DNA of 20,000 bases from an uncultured virus (IMG/VR IMGVR_UViG_3300009074_000003) (taxonomy: Duplodnaviria > Heunggongvirae > Uroviricota > Caudoviricetes), in the IMG/VR virus record IMGVR_UViG_3300009074_000003, one strand, 5' to 3'. The notes under the pieces were generated by a model, which worked only from the letters and a program-made list of their open reading frames with translations, made no database searches and had not been told where the DNA came from. Below are positions 7,506 to 17,100 of the stretch, one piece after another (positions within the stretch are counted from its first letter, which is position 1; each line of letters starts with the position of its first letter). The translations under genes were made by a program, and so were the position numbers.

Positions 7506-7537
7506 AAAAGGGGCTTAGCAATTAAGCCTCTTTTTTT
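7506..7537 (+). terminator. Rho-independent terminator after phoH
   Basis: AAAAGGGGCTTA-gcaat-TAAGCCTCTTTTTTT: stem with one G-U pair, followed by 7 T. Confidence 0.85.
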
Positions 7538-7539
7538 AT

Positions 7540-7548
7540 ATATTTATA
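7540..7548 (+). promoter_or_regulatory. Putative phage late-promoter element ATATTTATA
   Basis: Immediately after the terminator, 12 nt before ATG 7561. Confidence 0.5.
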
Positions 7549-7560
7549 ACAAAAATAATT

Positions 7561-8874
7561 ATGGCATCAATACTTACTCCATCAGCATTTCAGATTAAAA
7601 TAAAGGAGGAACACGTAGTTAAGGGTATTAAAACTACAAATGAAACATTTTTTACATTAGGGAATATTACTAATGTAGATAGAAGAATAGTTACAATACC
7701 AGCTCAAACTCCAATTGATTTATTTAATGTCAATGGGGTAAGACCTTCAGCAGGAACTTTTCCATCAAGTAGTATGAAATATGCTAGGATTACTAATTTA
7801 GACACAACATCTTCATTAGCAGTTTCTTTTACATCATCAAAGTCACCTGATGGGATAGGCGTTATAGGTACGGATTTAACTTCATCTTATACAAGCGGTG
7901 GTGTTGGGGGTGTAATTGGGTTATACGCAGGTGTACCAACTACAGCAAGTGTTAGTGGTAGTGGGATGACATTAGATGTTGTTATTTCTTCATCTTTAAT
8001 AATGAGTCAAAGTTTAGGATTAAATATTGCACCCGATGATTGTGCTACTGGAACTTATAATGTTAATTTAATAGGAGGTAGCGGTACTGGAGCAACAGCT
8101 CAAGCAGTAGTTACAGGAGCAAATCCATCTACACCAACATTATCAACTGTAATGGTATTAAATCCTGGAAGAGGATATGTAGTAGGAGATTTATTAACAA
8201 TTGCAAGCGGAGATTTAGGAACGGGACAATTAGTAACAAATCAACCTTTTACTAATAACGGTTTAATTCCTAATGTAACAAATAATATAACAAGAGAAAT
8301 AGCAGTTTATACAGCTACAGGTCAAGGTGGTACAGTTAGTGTAAAGTCAGATGGTGGTGTAATTACAGTAGTAAAACCAGTAAATATAGGAACAGGATAT
8401 TTGGAAAATCAAACAATTACAATATCTCAAGATCAACTAACTAATGTAGGGTTTGGAGTAGTAAGTTCAGATTATACTAATACATTAATAGCAGATGATG
8501 TTGCTGATTCATCTGCAGCATCTATGTTAGCCTTAACTAGTAGTAATATAAATACAAACGTATTTCAAGCAAAAATAGCAGCAGGTGGAAGTGGGTATGA
8601 AGTAGGAGAAACAATTACAGTAAATGGTGCTGAAATAGGTAATTCAACAGATGCCGTATTTACTTTAACCTTAAATGATTTTACAGAAAATGGAGCAAGA
8701 AGTTACTGGACGATGGATGTATTACCTACATCATCTTTAATGTTTTCAAGTCCTCAAGTTACAGGAAGTACATTTAACGGCTTCTTTGAGCAAGATATAG
8801 AATTTGTTTCTGTGTATGCTGAAACAGAAAGGATGGATGTTGAATACGTAGTTGTTAACTCAGATAACGCATAA
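7561..8874 (+). CDS. Probable virion structural protein with three GxGY-xx-G-xx-(I/L)T(I/V) beta modules
   Basis: 437-aa Gly/Thr/Ser/Val-rich ORF with NPGRGYVVGDLLTI, IGTGYLENQTITI and GGSGYEVGETITV, a motif type common in phage structural proteins; precedes the neck genes. Confidence 0.65.
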   Translation: MASILTPSAFQIKIKEEHVVKGIKTTNETFFTLGNITNVDRRIVTIPAQTPIDLFNVNGVRPSAGTFPSSSMKYARITNLDTTSSLAVSFTSSKSPDGIGVIGTDLTSSYTSGGVGGVIGLYAGVPTTASVSGSGMTLDVVISSSLIMSQSLGLNIAPDDCATGTYNVNLIGGSGTGATAQAVVTGANPSTPTLSTVMVLNPGRGYVVGDLLTIASGDLGTGQLVTNQPFTNNGLIPNVTNNITREIAVYTATGQGGTVSVKSDGGVITVVKPVNIGTGYLENQTITISQDQLTNVGFGVVSSDYTNTLIADDVADSSAASMLALTSSNINTNVFQAKIAAGGSGYEVGETITVNGAEIGNSTDAVFTLTLNDFTENGARSYWTMDVLPTSSLMFSSPQVTGSTFNGFFEQDIEFVSVYAETERMDVEYVVVNSDNA

Positions 8875-8884
8875 ATAAAAAACT

Positions 8885-10048
8885 ATGGCAAATATACCAA
8901 TATGGCCCGGATCTAGTTCATTCCACCCAGGAGATACACCTTTTGGGTTTTATGATAATGATCCTGAATTCCAAATAGACGCAGATAAATTTTCAACTTT
9001 TGCAGCAAGAAGATTAGGATATCCTATTGTGGATGTTGAACTTCAAGATTTAAACTTTTATGCTGCTTTTGAAGAAGCAGTAACAATATATGCTAATGAA
9101 TTATACGGGTTTAAAATTAGAGATAATTATTTAACCTTAGAAGGAGCAGATGCTTCTACTATGGATATTGAAAATTCAGTTGTTGTTCCAAATCTAGGAA
9201 GAATAATCCAAATGTCAGAACAATATGGGGTTGAAGCTGGTACTGGTGGTAATGTTGACTGGCATACAGGTCATGTTAATTTAACAAAATCAGTACAAGA
9301 TTATAATTTAGAAGAATGGGCAAAGGATACTATACCACATTATAAGGATCATGATATAGAAATTATGAGAGTTTTTTATGAAGCTCCACCTGCAATGTTA
9401 AGATTTTTTGATCCTTATGTAGGAGCAGGAATGGGTACTATGGATATGATGGATACTTTTGGTTGGGATGGATTTTCTCCTGCTGGTGTAAATTTCATGT
9501 TAATGCCTATTAATTATGATTTACAAGTTATCCAACAAATAGAATTTAATGATATGATCAGAAGAGCAAATTATTCTTTTGAAATGCATAACAATAATTT
9601 AAGAATTTTCCCAATACCCGATGGATCAGTCCCAAAATTATACTTTGAATATATTCTTAACTCAGAAAGATCTTCAGCTTCCTTTGTAGTAGGTGGAAGT
9701 AGTACTATTACTAATATATATGATGTACCTTATAAAAACCCAAATTACGATGATATTAACTCAGTAGGTAGAAGTTGGATATTTGAATATGCTTTAGCTT
9801 TATGTAAAGAAATGTTAGGGTATGTTAGAGGTAAATATCAAGTAGTACCAGTCCCTGGGGATAATGTTACACTAAATGCAAATGATTTAATTACAGCAGC
9901 TACTGGAGAAAAAGAAAGATTAATTGATAGGTTAAGGGCTTATTTAGGAGAAACATCAAGAGAAAAATTACTAGAAAGAAGAACAGCCGAAAGCGATTTC
10001 ATTGAAAAAGAATTAGGCAAGGTTCCATTTCCAATTTATATAGGATAA
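8885..10048 (+). CDS. Neck protein / head-tail adaptor, T4 gp13-like
   Basis: RRLGYPIVDVEL near the N-terminus, WIFEYALALCKEMLG..PGDNVTLNANDL, and terminal PFPIYIG parallel gp13 conserved blocks. Confidence 0.82.
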   Translation: MANIPIWPGSSSFHPGDTPFGFYDNDPEFQIDADKFSTFAARRLGYPIVDVELQDLNFYAAFEEAVTIYANELYGFKIRDNYLTLEGADASTMDIENSVVVPNLGRIIQMSEQYGVEAGTGGNVDWHTGHVNLTKSVQDYNLEEWAKDTIPHYKDHDIEIMRVFYEAPPAMLRFFDPYVGAGMGTMDMMDTFGWDGFSPAGVNFMLMPINYDLQVIQQIEFNDMIRRANYSFEMHNNNLRIFPIPDGSVPKLYFEYILNSERSSASFVVGGSSTITNIYDVPYKNPNYDDINSVGRSWIFEYALALCKEMLGYVRGKYQVVPVPGDNVTLNANDLITAATGEKERLIDRLRAYLGETSREKLLERRTAESDFIEKELGKVPFPIYIG

Positions 10049-10049
10049 T

Positions 10050-10646
10050 ATGGCATTATTTGGAGGAGCAAGAGACATAAGTTTATTTAGACATCTAAAT
10101 AGAGAGTTAATGGCAGACATCATTACTCAGCAATGTTCTTTTTATAAGTTTAAGTTAGAAGAAACTAAAGTAAACATATATGGAGAAGCAGCAGAGGAAA
10201 AATTCTACATGGGTCCTGTTTTACTAAATTGTCTAATTGAAAGATCAAATGAAGAATTTCCTGAAACAGATTTAGGTACTGACTTTACTTGGGGTGCTAC
10301 CTTTAAATTTTTAAGAGATGATTTATTAGGAAAAATGAAAGAATTTAATTTAGATTTTGCACCTACAAACTATCAATATGGAGCTGATTTAGTTCCTGAA
10401 GTTGGAGATATAATTTTATATAATGAAGGATATTATGAAGTAGATAATGTAAATGCTAACCAATATTTTATGGGTAAAAATCCAGATTATCCTAATTCAC
10501 CTCAATTACAAAACCCAGGCTTAGAAAATTTTGGAACTTCAGTTTCAATTATAGTTGAAACACATTATGTACCTGCTGATAAGGTTGGTATTACACAAGA
10601 AAGATTGTATACTGGAAATAATTCAAACCCATCACTAAATGGCTAA
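10050..10646 (+). CDS. Neck/head-closure protein, T4 gp14-like
   Basis: NIYGE and PEVGDIILY..YYEVDNV motifs; follows the gp13-like gene after a 1-nt gap. Confidence 0.7.
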   Translation: MALFGGARDISLFRHLNRELMADIITQQCSFYKFKLEETKVNIYGEAAEEKFYMGPVLLNCLIERSNEEFPETDLGTDFTWGATFKFLRDDLLGKMKEFNLDFAPTNYQYGADLVPEVGDIILYNEGYYEVDNVNANQYFMGKNPDYPNSPQLQNPGLENFGTSVSIIVETHYVPADKVGITQERLYTGNNSNPSLNG

Positions 10647-11598
10647 AAGAGGAAAAATACCAACACCTAAAACTCAAAGAGAAATATTAAATTCTCAAAT
10701 TGATCCATACAGCCCACCAGCTGGTTCTCCTGGTTTTTCAGATACAGGTAATCCTAATAATGCTGATACTCCTAATAGAGGTAACCAAGTATCATTTAGA
10801 GATGATACTACTAAACCTTTTAGTTTAGGAATTAAAGATATAGATGAAGCTATTGCTTATTATATGGAAGAAGTAATTCAACCTACCGTAATACAAAATG
10901 GGGCAGTACAACAAGTACCATTTATTTATGGTTCTCCTGAAAGGTGGAAGCAGGTACAAAAAGATGGGTATTATAGAGATAAAAAAGGTAAAATTATGTT
11001 ACCTTTAATTACTTTTAAACGTAACAATATTGAAAAAGTTAGAAATATAGCTAATAAATTAGATGCAAATAACCCACATAATGTAAATATTTTTCAAAAA
11101 CAATATAGTGTTAGTAATGCTTATGATAATTTTGATATACTAAATAATAAAAGACCTGATAAGGTTAATTATGCAGTAGTAGTACCTGACTATGTAAATA
11201 TTACTTATGATTTTATTGTTGCTACTTACTATATAGAACAATTAAATAAAATAGTCGAAGCTATTAACTATGCTTCAGATTCTTATTGGGGCAATCCTGA
11301 AAGATATCAATTTAGAGCTAGAATAGATAATTTTGCTACACCTGTACAAGTAGAACAAAAAGGAGAAAGATCAGTTAAAGCAACATTTAGCCTAAAATTA
11401 TATGGTTATTTAGTTCCTGACACAGTCCAAAAACAATTAAACGCAATAAAAAAATTCAATACCCCAACACAAATTATATTTAATATGGAAACAGTACAAA
11501 GTATAGAAGAGTTAAACCAAAGAAAAAAATTAGATAATTCCCGTCTTAGTATTCAAACGGATAATAATTTTACAGAATTTCCAAAATCTGGGAAATAA
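10639..11598 (+). CDS. Tail completion/terminator protein, T4 gp15-like
   Basis: VPFIYGSPERW, LPLITF and PDYVNITYDFIVATYYIEQLNKIVEAI resemble gp15 blocks; 8-nt overlap with the gp14-like gene. Confidence 0.72.
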   Translation: MAKRGKIPTPKTQREILNSQIDPYSPPAGSPGFSDTGNPNNADTPNRGNQVSFRDDTTKPFSLGIKDIDEAIAYYMEEVIQPTVIQNGAVQQVPFIYGSPERWKQVQKDGYYRDKKGKIMLPLITFKRNNIEKVRNIANKLDANNPHNVNIFQKQYSVSNAYDNFDILNNKRPDKVNYAVVVPDYVNITYDFIVATYYIEQLNKIVEAINYASDSYWGNPERYQFRARIDNFATPVQVEQKGERSVKATFSLKLYGYLVPDTVQKQLNAIKKFNTPTQIIFNMETVQSIEELNQRKKLDNSRLSIQTDNNFTEFPKSGK

Positions 11599-11612
11599 TA
11601 CTGTTTTTTATA

Positions 11613-11625
11613 ATATTTATAAATA
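11613..11625 (+). promoter_or_regulatory. Putative late-promoter element ATATTTATA overlapping TATAAATA (perfect palindrome TATTTATAAATA, 11614-11625)
   Basis: In the 34-nt gap before ATG 11633; contains both the recurrent motif and the T4 late-promoter consensus. Confidence 0.5.
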
Positions 11626-11632
11626 AAATTAG

Positions 11633-14173
11633 ATGGGTATAATATTAAGACAGAACAAAGGTTCCGAGTTAACATTCGCAGAAGTAGATGGCAATTTTCA
11701 GTCACTCTACTACTCTAGTTCTCTGTCTGGTACTGACCTTCAATTCTTTTTTGCAAGTAGTAGTGTAACACATAGTATAGATTTACAAAATGTTCCGGGA
11801 TTTACAGGAGTTACAATTGAAAGTGGAAGTACTTTAATAAGTAATGGTGTTCAAACTCTAAATTTTTTAGGAGATGGTATAGCTAGTATAACAAACTCCC
11901 CAACAACAAACCAAGTTGATATTAATATCCAAGGAGGTGGTGGTGGTGGTGGTTCTGGAACAGGAATATTCCAATTATTAGGAGCTACAGATATATATTT
12001 TGCAACCTCTTCATTACAAGTTACAGCCAGTACTTACCAAGAATCTGAGTATACTACTATAGGCGTTACACAAAACCCAAACAATGATGGCACTGGAGGT
12101 AATGTAGCTAAGTATGGAATGATGTTTAGCCAATCAGTATGGCATTATACGGATAATGTAGGTTACCCAACATCAAAAGCATGGCAGACAGATTTAGAAG
12201 GATCGGTATTTAATAACTATGACCAAAATACAGATACAGCAGAAATTTTAAGGTTTATTGCAACACAATTAAGTGCATCATCCCCAGATACTTCCCCAAA
12301 TGCTCGTTATTATTCTGGTACTTCTGAAACAATTGCTTCAAATGGAACTGGTGGGGTTACGGGTTATGTACCCAATTCTACAACCGACCCCATTTTATTA
12401 TATTTGCAAGGAAAAGGATGGGCTATAGCAGGACAAAGTGTATTTCAAGGAATTACCCCAATTTATAATAATTCAGGCTATAATATAAAATATACATCAG
12501 TTGCAGCTGGTTCGACTACATGCCCCTCATCATCTTATGATCCTTCTTTCCAATTATTCAATTTAGGATTAGTAAGTTCTTCATTTACAACATCAGGTTC
12601 TTTAAGAAGAATTTTTGCTGATAACTCTGCAAAAACCCAAACAGTAGTAGATGAACAACAATATACTTTAGTAAAAACCCCACCACCTTTTAATACAACA
12701 TCAGGTCAAACTATTGGGGCAATACCTACAGTAGGAGGATTAGATATAAAATATCAAGATGGTAAATTTGCTACGATTTTCCAAAATAATTTATATAATG
12801 GGGGTATTTCTTTCACAACAAAAGAGGCTACAGGTTGGTATAGATTATCTTCATCAATAGGAGTACAATCAGGTTCTTCTAATTATACTACTTTTTATGA
12901 TCAAGATACTGAAATATTTTGGTCGGAAGTACAAACTAGTGATTTTTCTCAAACAGTAGGTTTTAATACTAGACAAAGTTCATCTTTATCAGCAACCTCA
13001 AGATCACTTTCAGGAGCTCCTTTATTATTAACATCAAATTTTAAAGAAGGATCTCATCTTACAGGATATTTCAATCCTTTATTTTCAGCACAACCTACAT
13101 TTGCTTCAATTACAGAAACAGATTCTTTAGTAACCCCCTCTAACCCAACAGGTGGAACTAGAAATGGAAGTACAAATGGGGGTACTGTTCAAACTTCTAA
13201 TTTTATATATTCTAGTGGGGGTGTTGTTAGAACTGTAGGAACTATACCAAGTCAAGGAGATGTTGTTTATTTGACAGCAAGTTTAGCATTTAATGCAGGA
13301 TCAGGAGGGGCTGATAATATCAACCAAACCGGATTTGGCACAACAACATTTATAACAACAACAAAAGGTAGAGAATTTGGAGGATCGTTAAATACCGTAT
13401 TTACTAATACTTATGCTTATTTTGACCCAGGGGCATATGGACAAAATGTACTGTCAGGTTCTATGGGTTACTACGGTAGAGCTCAAGGATATGATGGTGG
13501 CACCTTAACTGGGGCTTCAAGTAATACAATATTTACAGAACAATTTTCAGGAGAAGATTATAGAATAGTTATTGATGATGATTTATTAACAGGATCCTAT
13601 GCTAGTGGAACAAAATTGGCAACGGGTGTGTATGCAGAGTATGTTCAACAACCCTTAGAATTACAAATAAAACCAGGATATTTAGTAACCCCAGGAGGAA
13701 CATATGGTTATTGGACTCCTGCAAACGCTGGTGCAAATACTTATCAATATTATTCAAGAGCATTTCAAAGAGATTTAACAACAGGAGCAAGTGATGTAAC
13801 AGCTAGTTTTGGTGCAGCTTTAAATACGTGGGATAGCACAGCTAATGGGGTATCAGTAGCATTTTTGTTTTCAGGTTCGGGTGCACAAGCTTATACAAAT
13901 CCAAGAATATTTGATCCTGCAACAACCGTAGGAGATGCTTTACAAATAGGTATAACAAATAATAATTTTACAAATCCATTTAGTGATCCAATTGATTTAT
14001 ATGCTTGTAAAACAGGTACAGTAAGAGGAAGTGGAGCTGGTACAAGTTATGAATTTCCTCTTTTAAATGGAAATGGTATGACTTTAGATCAGTTAACACA
14101 GGACTTTATAGTTATAATAAGATATAAAGGAGACCCAGTTCCAGTAGAAGATATAGACATAACGATTACGTAA
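11633..14173 (+). CDS. 846-aa Gly/Ser/Thr-rich putative virion structural protein (fibre/appendage)
   Basis: N-terminal LRQNKGSELTFAEVDGNF resembles attachment motifs of phage fibre-like proteins; Gly7 linker near 11933-11953; beta-rich composition. Confidence 0.6.
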   Translation: MGIILRQNKGSELTFAEVDGNFQSLYYSSSLSGTDLQFFFASSSVTHSIDLQNVPGFTGVTIESGSTLISNGVQTLNFLGDGIASITNSPTTNQVDINIQGGGGGGGSGTGIFQLLGATDIYFATSSLQVTASTYQESEYTTIGVTQNPNNDGTGGNVAKYGMMFSQSVWHYTDNVGYPTSKAWQTDLEGSVFNNYDQNTDTAEILRFIATQLSASSPDTSPNARYYSGTSETIASNGTGGVTGYVPNSTTDPILLYLQGKGWAIAGQSVFQGITPIYNNSGYNIKYTSVAAGSTTCPSSSYDPSFQLFNLGLVSSSFTTSGSLRRIFADNSAKTQTVVDEQQYTLVKTPPPFNTTSGQTIGAIPTVGGLDIKYQDGKFATIFQNNLYNGGISFTTKEATGWYRLSSSIGVQSGSSNYTTFYDQDTEIFWSEVQTSDFSQTVGFNTRQSSSLSATSRSLSGAPLLLTSNFKEGSHLTGYFNPLFSAQPTFASITETDSLVTPSNPTGGTRNGSTNGGTVQTSNFIYSSGGVVRTVGTIPSQGDVVYLTASLAFNAGSGGADNINQTGFGTTTFITTTKGREFGGSLNTVFTNTYAYFDPGAYGQNVLSGSMGYYGRAQGYDGGTLTGASSNTIFTEQFSGEDYRIVIDDDLLTGSYASGTKLATGVYAEYVQQPLELQIKPGYLVTPGGTYGYWTPANAGANTYQYYSRAFQRDLTTGASDVTASFGAALNTWDSTANGVSVAFLFSGSGAQAYTNPRIFDPATTVGDALQIGITNNNFTNPFSDPIDLYACKTGTVRGSGAGTSYEFPLLNGNGMTLDQLTQDFIVIIRYKGDPVPVEDIDITIT

Positions 14174-14190
14174 AAGAATAAAGATATAGA

Positions 14191-17100
14191 ATGGCATTAG
14201 ATAAAATAAAAAAGTCGAATAGATTACTCCAGAGTAAGAGATATACAATGGAGCAGAGTACTGATGCTCAGGAGGCATTCACAAGAACTCTCGACATTAA
14301 TGCTGGTGATGTTTATATAAGAGAAAATTTTGTTCCCTTAAATAATTTACCATATTCTGGTAGTGGACAGAACCAAGATACAATAGAATCAGGTTCAGCT
14401 TTAACAGCTGTTGATATTGTAAAGTTTCACTTCCAACATCAATTAACACCATCATCGGTTGTTAATGGTAGTAAAACAGAAGTATTTTTCTTTATATCAA
14501 AATCAGCACATGATCCTACAATAGCTGTTACTCCTCAAATTATACAGGATGGACAACAAACAAACTTTTTATCACCAAAATATTCAGATGCTTCCTTAAC
14601 ATTTAAAAATACTGAGGATAATGTACCCGCAGGAAACGGTACACCTGGATATAATGTTACTGTTAGAGTAAATGGTACTGAACAAGATTCAGCTTTTTAT
14701 CAATTTGATTATAAAACAGGTGTAATACAATTCGTAGATAATTCAGTCTCACCATCAACCGGAGATACTGTCGTTTTATCAGCATACCAATATGTAGGTC
14801 CTACATTAGCAGATGGTGGTGTTGGTGGAGGTAATGCTTTTCCATTTTCAGGATCAGCACAAATAACAGGATCAGTTGGGGGTGTTCCAGGTGGATTCGC
14901 AGTAACCGGTAGTAGTACATTTGATGTAAGTGGTACCGGAGATGATTTTTCTATAATATCAGCTCCAATACAAGATAGACCTGAATTATTAACATATAAC
15001 CCTTCAACAGGTCTTATAGGATATGTAAATGCAACTAGTGGTACTAGTGGATTTTCAGGTTCAAGTGGTACAGCAGGCCAATCTGGTACTTCAGGTACAA
15101 GTGGTTCATCAGGTTCAACAGGAACAAATGGTACTTCAGGAGAATCTGGTACTTCAGGAACATCAGGTGAAAGTGCTACTTCAGGTACATCAGGTACATC
15201 AGGTACTTCAGGTACATCAGGTGAAAACGGAACAAACGGTACTTCAGGTTTAAGTGCAACAAGTGGTTCTTCAGGAACAAGTGGTACTTCAGGTGAATCA
15301 GGCACAGCAGGAACAAGCGGAGAAAGTGCAACATCAGGCTCAAGTGGTACTTCAGGTACTTCAGGTGAAAGCGGCACAGTAGGTACATCAGGAGAAAGTG
15401 CAACATCAGGCTCAAGTGGTACATCAGGTACTTCAGGAGCAGATGGAACAAGAGGTACTTCAGGTTCAAGTGGTACAAGTGGTACTTCAGGTACATCAGG
15501 TACTTCAGGAGCAGATGGGACAAGAGGTACGTCAGGAGAAAGTGCAACATCCGGCTCATCAGGTACTAGTGGTACTTCAGGTGAATCAGGCACAGCAGGA
15601 ACAAGCGGAGAAAGTGCAACATCAGGCTCAAGTGGTACTTCAGGTACTTCAGGAGCAGATGGAACACGCGGAACTTCAGGAGAAAGCGCTACTTCAGGAT
15701 CAACAGGTACTTCAGGTACATCAGGTTCAAACGGAGTAGCAGGAGAAAGTGGCTTAAGTGCTACAAGTGGTACATCAGGAACCAGTGGTGCAGATGGTAC
15801 ATCAGGTACTTCAGGTTTAAGTGCAACAAGTGGTTCTTCAGGAACAAGTGGTACTTCAGGAGCAGATGGAACAAGAGGTACATCAGGAGAAAGTGCAACA
15901 TCAGGCTCAAGTGGTACTTCAGGTACTTCAGGAGAATCTGGTACTGCGGGAACATCAGGTGAAAGTAGTACAAGTGGTTCTTCAGGTACTAGTGGTACCT
16001 CAGGAGCAGATGGAACATCAGGTACATCAGGTAAAAGTGCAACAAGTGGTTCTACAGGAACAAATGGAACTTCAGGTTCAAATGGTGTTGCCGGAGAAAG
16101 TGGCTTAAGTGCTACAAGTGGTACATCAGGAACCAGTGGTGCAGATGGTACATCAGGTATTTCAGGTGTAAGTGGTACAGCAGGTTCATCAGGAACTTCA
16201 GGTACTTCAGGAGCAGATGGAACAAGAGGTACTTCAGGAGAAAGTGCAACATCCGGCTCATCAGGTACTAGTGGTACTTCAGGTGAATCAGGCACAGCAG
16301 GAACATCAGGAGAAAGTGAAACTTCAGGATCTTCAGGAACAAGCGGTACTTCAGGAGCAGATGGAACATCAGGTACATCAGGTTTAAGTGCAACAAGTGG
16401 TTCAACAGGAACAAATGGTACAAGTGGCTCAAACGGAGTAGCAGGTGAAAGTGGCTTAAGTGCAACTTCAGGTACTTCAGGAACAAGTGGAGTTGATGGT
16501 ACATCTGGAACAAACGGAAAAAGCGGAACAAGTGGTTCATCAGGAACAAGTGGTACTTCAGGAGCAGATGGAACAAACGGAACTTCAGGTTTAAGTGCAA
16601 CTTCAGGATCATCAGGTACTTCAGGTACTTCAGGTACTTCAGGAGAATCTGGTACTGCAGGAACATCAGGTGAAAGTGCTACAAGTGGTTCAGCAGGTAC
16701 ATCAGGTACTTCAGGTGAAAGTGGAACAAATGGCACATCAGGAGAAAGTGCAACCTCAGGTTCAACAGGAACAAATGGTACAAGTGGTTCAAATGGGGTA
16801 GCAGGAGAAAGTGGCCTAAGTGCAACTTCAGGAACCTCAGGAACTTCAGGTGTAGATGGCACCTCAGGAACTTCAGGTGTAAGTGGTACAGGAGGTTCAT
16901 CAGGTACATCAGGTACTTCAGGAGCAGATGGAACAAATGGTACAAGTGGTTTAAGTTCAACTTCAGGTTCAACAGGAACAAGCGGTACTTCAGGTGAATC
17001 AGGTACTGCAGGAACATCAGGAGAAAGCGAAACTTCAGGATCTTCAGGAACAAGCGGTACCTCAGGAGCAGATGGAACATCAGGTACATCAGGTTTAAGT

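Noticed and set aside
6525..14278. Minus-strand ORFs 6525-6752, 13602-13790 and 14093-14278
   Set aside because: Short, antisense to supported genes, with no recognisable motifs.
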